64,000 bases of DNA. It comes from Mobula hypostoma. Its lineage: Eukaryota. The translations under genes were made by a program, and so were the position numbers. Numbering within the stretch: the stretch's first letter is position 1; the number at the start of each line of letters is the position of its first letter. The stretch covers positions 200,014,001-200,078,000 of the forward strand of contig NC_086097.1 of NCBI RefSeq assembly GCF_963921235.1, read 5' to 3'. Below, piece by piece: positions 1 to 13,149 of this stretch. Under the pieces are notes generated by a model that saw nothing but the letters and a program-made list of their open reading frames with translations, searched no databases and was not told where the DNA came from.

Positions 1-600
1 AGGTCGGCGCAGTAGTGCAGCAGTTTGTGCTACTGTCTTATGGCTCAAGGGATATGGGTTTGATCCTGACCTCAGATGATATCCGTGTGAACTCTGCTCG
101 TTCTCCCTCTCACCACATGAGTTTCCATCATGTGTTCTGGCTTCCTCCCATATTCCCCTCAGATCCCAAAGATGTGTTGGTAAGATAAAATTAAGATGGA
201 AACATACAGAGAAATGCGTTGTTTGCATCAATGTCCAAGGATGTGCTGGGGGCAGTCCATAAGTTCGCCATGCTTCCAGCACTAAAGTAGCATGCCCATA
301 ACTCTAATTGGTAGGTCTATAGGATGTGGGAGGAAATGCACACAATCACGGAAAGAACGTAAAACTCCTTAGTGGGAAATGAACCCAACCTTACAGCTCA
401 CCATAAGGTGTTATACTAACCACAATGCTATTGTGTTGCTGCTAATTGGCTGCTCTAATGCAGATAAGTGGCAGAATAATCAACAATGAGCTGGTGGGCA
501 TGTGGGAGAGAATAAATTACAGAGGGCGGTGGAATGGTACTGGTAAGATTGCTCTGTTGAGAGCAAGCATGAACTCAATGGGCTGAGTGTCCTTCTGAAT
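1..600 (+). mobile_element. Degenerate HE1/V-SINE-like tRNA SINE, apparently interrupted by an opposite-strand V-SINE (~190-430)
   Basis: tRNA-like head, then V-domain-like 'ttctggcttcctcccatattcc...cccaaagatgtg'; the minus-strand copy shows 'ggatgtgggaggaaa' and resembles the element at 36005-36300. Confidence 0.55.
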
Positions 601-2145
601 TGTAATAAATAGGTAAGGAATGTTTGTATTGTGTATTCATGCTCGACAAGGGATGGTTTTAGATCCACAATCAAAATCTAATGGTTTTAGATGTTTGAAT
701 GCTCAGTGAATCACTTCACGGATAAATGAGAATTTCATCCTCTTCTGTGCTGGGGTCTGATTGTTCCATTTGAGACAGCAACAATGTCAAAGCACAGCAG
801 GCAAAAACATCCAAAAACAGATAACAACATGAATTCCTACTGAGGTTCCACTTGTCAATGATGTGCAAGATTTCTCTGCCTAACACTGGCAGCACTGCAG
901 TCTGGAAATTGTCATTTTATATTTTAAGAAGTATTCGTAATTACAAGGAAAGAAAAATCCCTATAAATGTATATATATAAACGACATATATATATATAAA
1001 AGAAATCTATTCATTTTAGATATTAGCATGCAAATTTTCACACCCCATTAGTTCCCAGTATATCATGTCACTGACGTTAAGGATTACAAATGCAGGAGAT
1101 TTGTAAATTTTTCCACTGAGGCAAAGGTCTCTTAACAACATAATCAGGATTAACAATCACAATATACTTGTAATTATCTACTGTATTTAATGCTGTAGGA
1201 TCCTGTGCATTACCTGTGTACACATCAGACTTGGTGTATTGATGTAATAAATGCAATTTGTACTTTTTAAATGATTTGTTGTTCATGAAGGGCAAATCTT
1301 ACGGATAGTTTTACTTGGATTTTTTCCAATTCATTTGAAGATATTGTAAGCACGAAGCACATAGAACATAGAACGTAAGATTATATTTCCACTTAATTTA
1401 ACAAAGTCACTTAAAACTTCATAAGAATGATTGTCTATGCTTGTAACTGATTAAAGCAATGAAGCGCTCCAATATTCCTGTAATACTATCTGCAACTGGT
1501 AGTCTGTGTATTGTTCAGGTAAAAAAGTATGATATGCTTCAATGAGTTACTTGTGGAGTTCAGGTATTATCTTGCTCCATCAGTAGAACAATTTTTGTTT
1601 CCCGAATAAATTTTCAAAAGGATTTCAACAGAAATTATGTTATGTTTAAAGCTATATTGTCAATAAACAATGGCAAATACTGTACAGAATAAGAATCAGC
1701 TGATTAGGAATTGAATGGTTAAATGAGGCCACATACTATTTTACCCACAGAATTGCAAAGTATTTGGTTGTACAGGATAATCTGTTAATATCCTGGTAGA
1801 TGCTAGGACAGGTATGCCTGTTTATTTCCTAGTGGTTGGTAGGACAGGTTGATCTGTCAGCCCCCAGGAGTGTTGAGCCATTCAGTGGAGCACAGGGTAG
1901 CTGACTGGTTCTGACAAATACTGGTTGCCATTATTCCACTCTATGATTTCTGCACTGAGAAATACAATGTACTTAGTACTAAACTGTGGCTTTCCAACAG
2001 GACTTTGATGGTAGCTGTGGTATGAGTCCTCTAATTGTTTTCTAGTCAAGGTTCAACTATTATCCCAAACTAGAGGTTTACTGAACTTTCAATTCCCCCT
2101 GATTTACCTTCATTTTCAGTAGCTGCAGGAATTTCCTAGCAGCAG

Positions 2146-2744
2146 TTTATATAATTATGACAGGCATATATAGAGTGGACAGCCTTTGTCTATTTCCCAG
2201 GGTTGAAATGTCTAATACAAGAGGGCGAGCATTTAAGGTGAGAGGGGGAACATTAAAAGGAGATGTACAAGGCAGTTTTTTTTTACACAGGGGTTGGTGG
2301 GTAGCAATATGAAAAATGCACTGCACTGCCAGGGGTAGTGCTGAAGGCAGACATGATACAGCCATTTATGTAGCTCTTAGGCACATGAATTGCCAGCTGG
2401 TGGCATAGTGGCATCAGTGCTGGACTTTGGGGCAGAAGGTCCCGAGTTCGAATCCAGCCGGCTCCCATGCATGCTTTCCATCTGTGCTGGGTTGAGCGTC
2501 GAGCTAGAAAAAAGAAATTGCCTGCTACAGAAACATCAACAGCAAGAAGTTGATGGCCTGTGCTCTCTCGTGAGTTTAAAGGCAATTTCTCTTTCTCTCT
2601 AGGCACATGAATATCCAGAGAATGGAGGAAAAAGGACCATGTGCAGGTAGAATGGATTAAGTACCATTAGCTTAATTAGTTTTGGCACTAAATCATAAGC
2701 CTAACAGTTTGTTCTTGTGAGATCCTGTTCTATGTTCTATGTTC
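2146..2744 (+). mobile_element. CR1 LINE 3' fragment interrupted by a SINE
   Basis: Matches the 3' ends of other CR1 copies in the window; (TTCTATG)n tail at ~2727-2744. Confidence 0.8.
2391..2599 (+). mobile_element. tRNA-derived SINE with 13-bp target-site duplication
   Basis: A box TGGCATAGTGG (2401-2411), B box GAGTTCGAATCC (~2444-2455), CT-rich tail; direct repeat TAGGCACATGAAT at 2378-2390 and 2600-2612. Confidence 0.9.
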
Positions 2745-3896
2745 AGATTTATCAACTGATTATTTATGAACTATATTAACTGATTTCTGTTGTTGTAGCT
2801 TTTCCTTACTTAAAGAAAACAGATAAATGGATACATACCTATATAGATGAACAGCGTGAACGCAATTACTCCCACACACAGTCTGACACATAGACCTCTT
2901 CTGAATTCTTGCATTTTGTATACTTCACTGATAATGAAAAAAACATTTAAATTGTAAATTAGGTTATAAAATATTAAGTCCAATCCATCTAGGAACTACA
3001 GAACATCCATGTCAATAACAATGGGTGAAAATCAGACAAAAATAGGCAGAAACTTCACATCTTATCCAATGCAAATGAGAATTATGATGAGGCCATAAGT
3101 TCCCAGAGATTTATACTATTCTAATGGCAGAGAACCACTGTAGAAAATACTGCACAGGGAAAAATTATGAAAGCAGTTACTTAAACCCCTGTTTTTATGG
3201 CAACGAGTGAACCAGTCAATTTGCCTGGTAGTTCTGCTATCCTGATCAATGATCCATCTTTTGGAAGTGATCGTTGAATAGAAACCTAAACATTTCCTTT
3301 CTTCATAATCAGATCCAACTTTGTATTGATTTCATGTCTTTGATCTGAGTATTTCAACTCAATTATATTCATCTCTTGACACCATGGAACTGGTGCATCA
3401 TTCTGCACATCATCACTGGAAGGCAAAGGGATATTTCTATAAAAACTAATCCAGAGAGTGCATATCAACATTCTTACAGAAGGAAAAACTTCATAGATAC
3501 TTTTTACAATTCACAAACTTATCCATTTTGGTTGCTAATTGGAAAGTACTACCAACATTCTGGAAATAATTCATTAATTCACCCATTCTAGGATGATTGT
3601 GACCCCACATCATGTGAATGCTAATGGCAGCATAGGTGTGTATTTATAGGCAATATGAAGGTCTGGTGACCTCATGAACAAATTTAGAACACAAATCGCT
3701 CATTGGAAACAACAGGACCATACCCCTTATATCTGAAGTTGGACCATTTCTGCTTTAATTAACTTTCTCCTCCATTTTGTTTCCATTCTTTTAACTTATT
3801 ATTGCCTCCCTGTTTTTCTGTTTTTTTCTCTCGTGTTCTTAATCATTTACACCAAATTTCTCCCCCTCCCCATCCTATGCTTCTAGGTGTTCAGTT

Positions 3897-4915
3897 AGAC
3901 CATATGACCATAAGACATAGGAGCAGAATTAGGCCATTCAGCCCGTCGAGTCTGCTCCACCATTCCATCACGGCTGATCCCGGATCCCACTCAACTCCAT
4001 TCACCTGCCTTCTCGCCATATTCTTTGATGCCCTGACTGATCAGAAAGCTATCAACTTCCGCTTTAAATATACACATGGACACCACAGTCTGTTAAAGAG
4101 CATTCCACAGATTCACTACTCTCTAGCTAAAAAAATTTCTCCCTACCTCTCTTAAAGGGTCGCCCCTCAATTTTGAGGCTGTTCCCTCTAATTATGGATA
4201 CCCCCACCATAGGAAATATCCTTTCCACATCCACCCTATCTAGCCCTTTCAACATTCGGTAGGTTTTAATGAGATTTCCCCGCACTCTTTTAAATTCCAG
4301 TCAGTCCAGGCCCAAAGCCGCCAAACGCTCCTCATACGTTAATTCCTTCATTCCCAGAATCATCCTCTTGAACCTTCTCTGGACTCTCTCCAATGACAAC
4401 ACATTTTTTCTGAGGTATGGGCCTAAAACTGTTAACACTACTCCAAGTGCAGCCTGACTAGTGTCTTATAAAGGCTCAGCATTGCTTTTATATACTTTTC
4501 CCCTTGAAATAAATGAGAGCATTGCATTTACCTTCTTTATCATAGACTCAACCTGTAAATTAATCCTCTGGGATTCTTGCATGTGGACTCCTAAGTCCTC
4601 GGCAGCTCTGATGTTTGAACCTTCTCCCCAATTAGATAATAGTCCGCACTATTGTTCCTTTCACAAATGGGTTTCCCAACACTATATTCCATCTGCCACT
4701 TTTTTGCCCATTCTTCCAATTTGTCTAAGTTCTGCTGCAAATGCATTGCTTCCTCAGCACTACCTACCCCTCAAAGACCTTTGAGTTTGTCTAGCACTTT
4801 TTCCTTTGTAATAGCAATTGCACTCACTCCTGCTCCCTGACACTCACTCTAGCACATTACTAGTGTCTTCCACAGTGAAGACAGATGCAAAGTAGTCATT
4901 AAGTTCATCTGCCAT
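3897..4915 (-). mobile_element. CR1 LINE 3' fragment (degenerate, internally deleted)
   Basis: Reverse complement of CR1 RT C-terminus and 3' UTR; tail 'gaccatatgaccataagac'. Confidence 0.8.
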
Positions 4916-5014
4916 CCTTACCCACATCCCTGGCTGTTGCTTTCTCTCTATCGCTCCCAGTCTCTTCCTATTGTCTTTTGGCTTATCTGATCACCCTGTC
5001 TCCCCACCATTTAC

Positions 5015-5290
5015 TTACTTATTGAGATACAGCTCGGAATAGGCTCTTCTGGCTCTTCGTGCTGTGCCACCCAGCAACCCCCAATTTAACCCATGGGACA
5101 GCTTACAAAGACCAATTAACCTACTAACTGGTATGCCTTTGGACTGTGGGAGGAAATCAGAACACCCAGAGAAATCCACACATTCTATGGGGAGGACGTT
5201 AAGACTCCTTACAGATGACATCAGAAAAAAAACTCCGATCTCCAATGCTCCGAGCTGTAATAGTGTTGTGTCAGCTGTGGTACCCTCTTC
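5015..5290 (-). mobile_element. V-SINE-like element
   Basis: 'ctttggactgtgggaggaaatcagaacacccagagaaatcca' is the reverse complement of the V-domain core. Confidence 0.65.
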
Positions 5291-7319
5291 AACTTATCCT
5301 CCCCTCTCATAGTTCCATTTCTCCAATTGCCTTCTCACTCTCAGTCCCTACCCAATCCTGCTATTAACACTTCCCTTCAATGTGCTCTGCCCATTCATCT
5401 CTCATACCTTCCCGCTGGTCGTGAACACTTCCCATCATCTATTTGCATTCCTCATTGTTCCTCTCCCTCCCTGTGGCATCTTTTAATTGACAATTTCCCT
5501 CCTGATTGCCAACTTGCCTTCCCTCCTGGCACTGACTTCACCAGATATGCCGCACCCTGAATTAGAAATTCTCTTTTCCAGAGAAATACATCAAACGTTA
5601 CAACTTGTAATCACTATTGGATGTGACTTTGAGGCATCTTTACTGCCCTGCAGATAACTCATGCCCAGTTTCCACAGCAGCATAATTTCTTGGCCAAATC
5701 TACTGTTGAAAATAGCGCTTGTCAAAATTCCTGTCTTTACAGCAACAAATTAAATTATGATTAAAGACATTGTTAAATCTTTTCCATATATATCAGTACA
5801 AATGGAGCATGATTGCTCTGATCCAGACCTTGAGTACCCCACAATACCCTCCCCACACCCATCCACTGCTGTTATCATTTAGTTCCTACTGGCCTTAAGA
5901 AAACATCATTAATTTGAATGATCTCTGGACAGTGACTAAATGGCTTTAGAGCTCTTTTAACTGTTGTTTATGTCTTTGATAATCAAATGCAATTCAAAAG
6001 AGTGGAAATTTATCTAAGTAATGTTTTAGCATTGTAGAAGTATGATTTAAGAACGAAGCCATACAGCAGGGAAATTGGCCCTTCAGCCAGGCCTGTCCAA
6101 GCCAATCAGGATTCCTGTTTGTCTGTACTTGGTTGGTACTGTTACAGCCAGGGAGTCTGGGCACCCTCACAGGCCAGCGGCTGGAAGGAGACAGCAATCA
6201 CACGTGTGAGAATGCACACTCCAGAAAATTAGGGTTTCTTTTAAATTGCATTTAACTTGCTTCCTTTCATTTCAGGATTGTCAAGTCTCCTTGCTTACCT
6301 TTGCTCACATTCTGGGAAAGAAGATTAGGGCTTTAGTCAGATGCTGTTAAAGGAGCAGTATAAATTTAGTTCAAGGTTACTGCTTTTGAGCTGTGGTGAT
6401 GACTTGAGTTTTTAGTTAGCAACCCTGTTGGCTGAGAGTTTATTATTTTCCTTCATTCTGTATTGCTCTAATTAAGGGGTTGCTGGGGCGATGTGTTTGA
6501 AAGACTGGATGGGCCTACTTCAAGCTGTATCACTAAATAAGTAAATAAATACAACCAAGCAAACTGTTTATTCCAAGCCTGTGCCTCTCCCTCTGCAATT
6601 AGACAATCACCGATCTAATGTCAGGTATAACTCTAGACCTCTCCTATCCATGTATCTATCCAAGTACCTTTTAAATATTGTTAATATACTTGCCTCTACC
6701 AATCCAGTCTCGCTCTTGGGTTAGTTGGACGGGCATCGAAACATCCCTGCCTCAACTTTTCCTCTCTGAATCGCTCACTCCAACTCCTCCTGTGTCGACT
6801 TTGAGACACACCAGCCTGGCTCATTCCTCGAACTCACTTCACCTTCACTCACCTCTTCATTGTTTGCAGTGATAGTTTACCACAATTTACTTCAGGAAAA
6901 GTGTTACTAATAATGTTTCTAGTTGAATTCTTCGCCTTTTGAACCGCCACTCACCTTCAATAGCATCAGCTTGTCAGTGGCTTCCTATTCAGCAATCTTG
7001 CTTTCATTGTTGAAACATCACATTACAATTGTATGGAACATTGATTCAACCAGAGTTGGAGGATTAGGTGTAGGTTTGCCACATAACAGGAAGAAAAAGC
7101 ATTTCAGTGTGTATTCTCTGACATTAAATGTACCTTTGAAGCCTTGAAATCTTTGAAGAATGCAATTCTATATCCTTCTCATAGTGAAAGTGCAGAAAAG
7201 ATTTATGAAGATGTTGTGAGGACTGGTGAGACTGTGTTCTAAGAAAAGACTTGATCGGCTAAGAACTGCTTCCCTGCAGTGAAGGAGGCTGAAAGAATAA
7301 GGTAGATAGTCATAAAAAC

Positions 7320-9342
7320 AGAAGATTCTGCAGATGCTGCAAATCCAGAGCAACACACATAAAATGCTGGAGGAAATCATCAGGCCTGGTGGGTGAGGGA
7401 AGTGGAGGATAAAGTAAGAAGCTGGGAGGTGATAGGTGGAAAAGATAAAGAGCGAAGAAGAAATCTGATAGGGAAAGAGAATGGACCATGGTAGAAAATG
7501 AAGGAGGAGGTGACAGGCAGGTGAGGGGAAGAGAATAGATTAAGAAAGGGCTCAACATGGGGAAATGAAGAAGAGGGAAGGAGGAGGAGGTAAAATTACT
7601 GTAAGTTGGAAAAATGGAGGTTCCTGCATTAAGTTGGAGGATACCTAGACAGACTATAAGATGGGCTATTTCAAGGGTGAAGACACAATTTCGAACGAGG
7701 TTGGAGGCGACATTGGATGCAAGACGTTACTTCCTACGAAGCGAAATCCAATAGCATGAACGGCAGTGATGTTTCACTACCAGATGAACTATGCATGCTT
7801 TGAAAGGGAGAACACAACTGTAGCTGGGAAGATCCCTGCTGCACCTGATGACCCTGTGATCGCTGTCTCAGAGGCCAATGTTAGACTGTCTTTAAAGAGA
7901 GTGAACCCTCTGAAGATGGAAGGTCCCGATGGAGTACCCCGTAAGACTCTGAAAACCTTTGCAACCAACTAGCAGGAGTATTCAAGGACATTTTCAACCT
8001 CTCACTGCTACAGGCTGAAGTTCCCACTTGCTTCAAAAAGGCAACAATTATATCAGTGCCTAAGAAGAATAATGTGGGCCTTAATGACTATCTCCCGGTA
8101 GTACTCACATTGACAGTGATGAAATGCTTTGAGAGGTTGGTTATGACTAGACTGAACTCCTGCCTCAGCAAGGACCTGGATCCATTGCAATTTGCCTATC
8201 GCCACAATAGGTCAATGGCAGACGCAACCTCAATGACTTTCCACACAGCTTTAGACCACCTAGACAACACAAACACCTACGTCAGGATGCTGTTCATCGA
8301 CTATAGCTTAGCATTTAATACCATCATTCCCACAATCTTGACTGAGAAGTTGCAGACTCTGGGCCTCTGTACCTCCCTCTGCAATTGGATCCTTGATTTC
8401 CTAACCGAAAGATCACAATTGGTGCGAATTGGTGATAACATATCATCTTCGCTGAGGGTGAACACTGGCGCACCTCAGGGGTGTGTGCTTAGCCCACTGC
8501 TCTACTCTCTATATACACATGACTATCTGGCTAGGCATAGCTCAAATACGATCTATAAATTGATGGTAGAGTCTCAGGTGGTGACGAGAGGGTGTACAGG
8601 AGTGAGATATGCCAACTACTGGAGTGGTGCCGCAGCAACAACCTGGCACTCAACATCAGTAAAATGAAAGAACTGATTGTGGACTTCAGGAAGGGTAAGA
8701 TGAAGGAACACATACCAATCCTCATAGAGGGATCAGAAGTGGAGAGAGTGAGAAGCTTCAAGTTCCTGGGTATCAAGATCTCTGAGGATCTAACTTGGTC
8801 CCAACGTATCGATATAGTTATAAAGAAGGCAAGACAGCGGCTATACTTTATTAGGAGTTTGAAGAGATTTGGCATGTCAACAAATACACTCAAAATCTTC
8901 TATAGTTGTACTGTGGAGAGCATTCTGACAGGCTGCATCACTGTCTGGTATGGAGGGGCTACTGGCACAGGACCGAAAGGAGCTGCAGAAAGTTGTAAAT
9001 CTAGTCAGCTCCATCTTGGGTACTAGCCTACAAAGTACCCAGGACATCTTCAGGGAGCGGTGTCTCAGAAAGGCAGTGTCCATTATTAAGGACGTCCAGC
9101 ACCCAGGGCATGCCCTTTTCTCACTGTTACCATCAGGTAGGAGGTACAGAAGCCTAAAGGCACACACTCAGTGATTCAGGAACAACTTCTTCTCCTCTGC
9201 CATCCGATTCCTAAATGGATATTGAATCTTTGGACACTACCTCACTTTTTTTTAACATATAGTATTTCTGTTTTTGCACATTTTTCATCTATTCAGTATT
9301 TGTATACTGTAATTGATTTACTTACTTCCATTATTTTTTTAT

Positions 9343-9380
<38 letters not shown>

Positions 9381-10350
9381 TCTGCTAGATTAGGTATTGC
9401 ATTGAACTGCTGCTGCTAAGTTAATGAATTTCACGTCACATGCTGGTAATAATAAACCTGATTCTGATTCTGTTGTTTTTCCAACCTGAGAGTGGTTGAG
9501 AGTGGCCTCATCATGGCAGATGGTCGGCATGGGAATGGGGACTGGTATTGAAGTGGCTGGCCACTGGGAAATCCTGCTTTTTGTGGACATTGTTAATGTA
9601 CTTGACAAAGCGGGCCCTCAATCTACCTGAATCTCATCAATGTAGAGGAGGTCGCATCAAGAGCATTAGATACAGTAGACAACCCCAACCAATTTTCAGG
9701 TGAAGTGTTGCCTCACCTGGAAGGACTGTTTGTGACCCTGACTGGAGGTGAGGGTGGAAGTGAATGGACAGGTGTTCCACATCTTTCATTTGCAGGGATA
9801 AGTGCCAGGAGAGAGATTAGTGGAGAGGGACAAATAGATAAGGGGATCAAGGAAGGAGTGATCCCTGTGGAAAGCAGTGAGTGGGCGTGGGGGAGGTAAA
9901 GATGTGCTTGTTGGTAGGGTTCCAATGAAGATGGCAGAAGTTATGGAGAATAATGCATTGGATGTGAAGGCTCATGTGGTGGTAGGTGAGGACAAAAGGA
10001 ACTCTATTGCTGTTAAGGTAGCAGGAAGATGGTGTGAGCGAAGATGCCTTGGAAATGGAGGAGATGCAGGAGAGGGAAACATCAATGGCAGAGGAAGGGT
10101 TTTTTGGAGATGGAGAATATCTCTGAAGTCCTAGGAAGGAAAACCTCATTCTGGGAACAGATGTGGCAGGGACGAAGGAACTGAGAAAAGGGAATGGCAT
10201 TTTTACAGAAGACAGGATGTGAGGAGGTATGGTCAAGGTAGCCGTGGGAATTGGTAGGTTTATAAAAGATATCAGTAGACAGTTTATCCCCAGAGATGGA
10301 GACAGTGAGATCAAGAAAGGAGAGGGAGATGTCACAAATGGATCAAGTAA
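7320..10350 (-). mobile_element. Penelope-like element (GIY-YIG/RT remnant) split by a Rex1/Babar insertion (halves ~7320-7661 and ~9471-10350)
   Basis: Terminal motif 'gatgctgcaaatccagagcaacacacataaaatgctggagg'; the halves rejoin as 'agactataaga|tgttgtttttccaacc', colinear with the copy at ~62245-62275; homologous to 14230-15000. Confidence 0.75.
7662..9470 (+). mobile_element. Rex1/Babar-type LINE, 5'-truncated, frameshifted RT
   Basis: RT motifs [26 protein letters not shown] and [20 protein letters not shown]; the FADD motif is lost by a small deletion near 8560; tail 'aataaacctgattctgattct'; (TTA)n microsatellite in the 3' UTR at ~9346-9378. Confidence 0.88.
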
Positions 10351-10354
10351 ATAG

Positions 10355-11980
10355 TCACAGTAGTTTTCCCTGAATAGGGGAGTCTAAAATTGGAGGGCAT
10401 AGGATTATGGTGAGAAGAAAAAGTTCTAATTAAAGGTGATACTCAAGAAGGCAACATCCCTCATCAAGGTTTCCCACCATCTTGGCCATGCCATCTTTTT
10501 TCAACTATCATCACCATCAACTATCAAGTCCCACATCACCAGGTCTATGAATAGCTACTTCTCTTCAACCATTCAGTCCTTGAACCAATCTGCACAACCC
10601 TAATCAATGGTTCAAAGGTTTTTTTTATTATCAAAGTATGTATGCAGTATACATCTCAAAGATTCTTCTTTTCCAGAAAACCACTAAACAAAGGAAAACC
10701 ATGGAGACCAGTTCAGAGAGAAACAGCAAACCCACCACACCCACACAAAAAAAGAATGGCAACGATCATCAACCGCCCCGCCAAACCCCCCTCCTCCCAC
10801 ATTAAACACAACAAGAACATCGGCCCCAAATCCCGCTCTTCTCCCACAAAAAAACCAAACAAAAATGCAACAAGAACATCGACCCCTAGAACCCCTTCCC
10901 CTGCACAAAATGCCACAAGAACAACGACCCCCAAATCTCTCTCCCCTCGTCCAAAAAAACAACGAGAAAGAATGGACAAAAAACAGAATATAAAATCGAC
11001 AAGACTGAAAAAATGTCCATAGTCTATAGTCGAAATCCATAAATGCAGGAACCTCGGTTACATCCTCCAACATCATTGAAGGAGAGAGACGCAGAGGCTT
11101 ATCCTCCGGTCACAGTAATTGGCCACATATCTCCCTCACTGGCAGCAGAGCAACCCCACAAGCAATCAAAAGGCAGGCAGTGGGCGCTCTCTGCATTTGC
11201 CTCAATGTTTCAATCTTCCTCATCACTTTAATCAGTCAGCAATGAACGCTTTAACTGGGAAATGGAGTCGAACGTTGGCTCACACCCCATCTTATGGTTT
11301 CTTTGCCTTGACACTCGCGCTCACTGTTTTCCGGAACCTTCCCGGAGACAACAAAGCAATAGTTCTCCAAACTCTAAATCGCAGTTCCAGAAACACATTC
11401 AAGATGAAACAGACGTAAACGAAGTGAAATAAATAGCTTTGTGGTTGGATGGAACAGATGTTGACCGATGGAGCTTTGTATGCGGGCTCCATCTCGACCG
11501 GAATATTGATTACCTTACTACCCCAGTATAGTAACATATTGACCATTTACTCTCTTTGCACTACAAAATGACTTACTTATTATTCTAGTTGTGTTTTTTC
11601 TTGTATTTTTTAAATAATTTTTGTTCTCAATGTATGTTTTTCTCTTGTGAATTTTGTGTATATGATGCTATGAACCTTTAATTCTGCTGCAGGTAAGTTT
11701 TTCACTGCACCTGTGCCGACATGTACTTGTGCATGCGACAATGAACTCAGTTCTGACTTTGTTCTGATGGGCACGTTTTTCAAATGGATGGGTATGTGCA
11801 GTGAGCTGCCAGAGGAAGTGATAGAGGTGAGTATGATCATGGCATTTAAAAGGCAGTTGTACAAGCACATGGATAGGTAAAGTTTAGAGGGATATGGGCC
11901 AAGGGAAGGCAAATGGGACTTGCTCAGCATGCACAACTTGGGCTAAGGGTCTTGTCTCCATGAAATAACTCTATAACTCT
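10355..11980 (+). mobile_element. Triple nest: CR1 3' fragment (~10355-10440 + 11765-11980) > Rex-like 3' fragment (~10441-10605 + 11505-11760) > minus-strand non-autonomous element
   Basis: The separated halves of each outer element are colinear with intact 3' ends elsewhere in the window. Confidence 0.6.
10609..11502 (-). mobile_element. Non-coding non-autonomous retroelement with Rex-like tail and internal ~40-60 bp imperfect repeats
   Basis: Minus strand starts 'ccggtcgagatggagccc' and ends 'tgataataaaaaaaacctttgaacc'; repeated unit 'aagaacatcg.ccc' at ~10813, 10872 and 10917. Confidence 0.55.
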
Positions 11981-13149
11981 AAGACTCAATGACATTAACA
12001 CTAATTAATATAAAGGATAAAACACTTCTATTCACTTACCTTTTCCAGTTAGTTTGATGACTCCATTTGGATTGGGACAACCTAGATGCAGAAGGGGGCG
12101 ACTGATACAATGATCAGAGGCTGACACACAGCATATCCAGCCCCACAGAGGATGATCCAGCATAATTCCAGACGTGGTAATGAGTTCAGGGGTGGAGTAG
12201 GAAGTCAAGACCACTGTCAGCATGTACCAAGCTTCCAGACTGCAAACCCCAGGTGCATAAGTCAGAATTGCCCTGCCCTATGAGGAGCTCCTTTGCTGGC
12301 TGCTGTCATTCAAACTACCAGCAGAAAAAAGTTAAGAATGCTTCAGACCACTTTAAAATAAGGTAACATCCAGCTATTTTAAGCCTCAAATTTGGAAATA
12401 AGCTTTCCAAGGTTATTTTTCACAAACATAATCCCTACTGAGGCAATCTTGTTTGATCCCACTTTAGATTAGGTTAAAAGTAGAAGATGATTTAAGTGAA
12501 AATTTCATAGTTAACTTTTATGGTGTTATTAGTTAATCCAGCACTAATAACATTTTGCCTTTGTGTATCTAATTTAAATTAGCAAAAATAAAGACAGAAC
12601 TATACAGGTAATTGATTGAATGTGGCTTACCTCTATCCTGTGGCTGAAGTATCTCAATTTCAGAACACTATTCAAAAGGCACTATCTGCAAAAGTAATCC
12701 AAATTCTGAGTTTTATGAAGTATTTAATGAAAGATTAAGTGGCAGTGAAATTGAGCCACTGATCCCACTCATCTAAACTGTTCTGAATTTGCAGTTTATT
12801 CCTCTCTCATTGCTCAGGTATTTGAAATTGGATCATGCGTGAAGCAAGTAGCGGTGGTAAGTACAGGATCTATTCACTAAATCAGTCAGACTTGGAAATG
12901 TACATCGAATTTGGCTGAGTTCTAGGATACTGTAACTCCATGACCTTAATTACTGATTATCACAATAAGTAAGAAAGATGATCAACTTAATATTGTGATG
13001 CCAGCTTTTATACAATCAATTTGTTGCTTAATAATTTCACAGACGGGAAATGTGTCACATTTAGCATTACGAGTTACCCATTCTTTGCCAATGGATATTT
13101 AAAAAATAGTAGTATAAAACAGGAACGAGTCCTCTTCTTGGACACCCTG

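Noticed and set aside
1077..1295. 72-aa minus-strand ORF in unique sequence
   Set aside because: No recognisable motif or convincing flanking splice sites; length within chance expectation.
10642..11076. Overlapping 88-130 aa ORFs on both strands
   Set aside because: They arise from low-complexity A/C-rich repeats inside a non-autonomous element.
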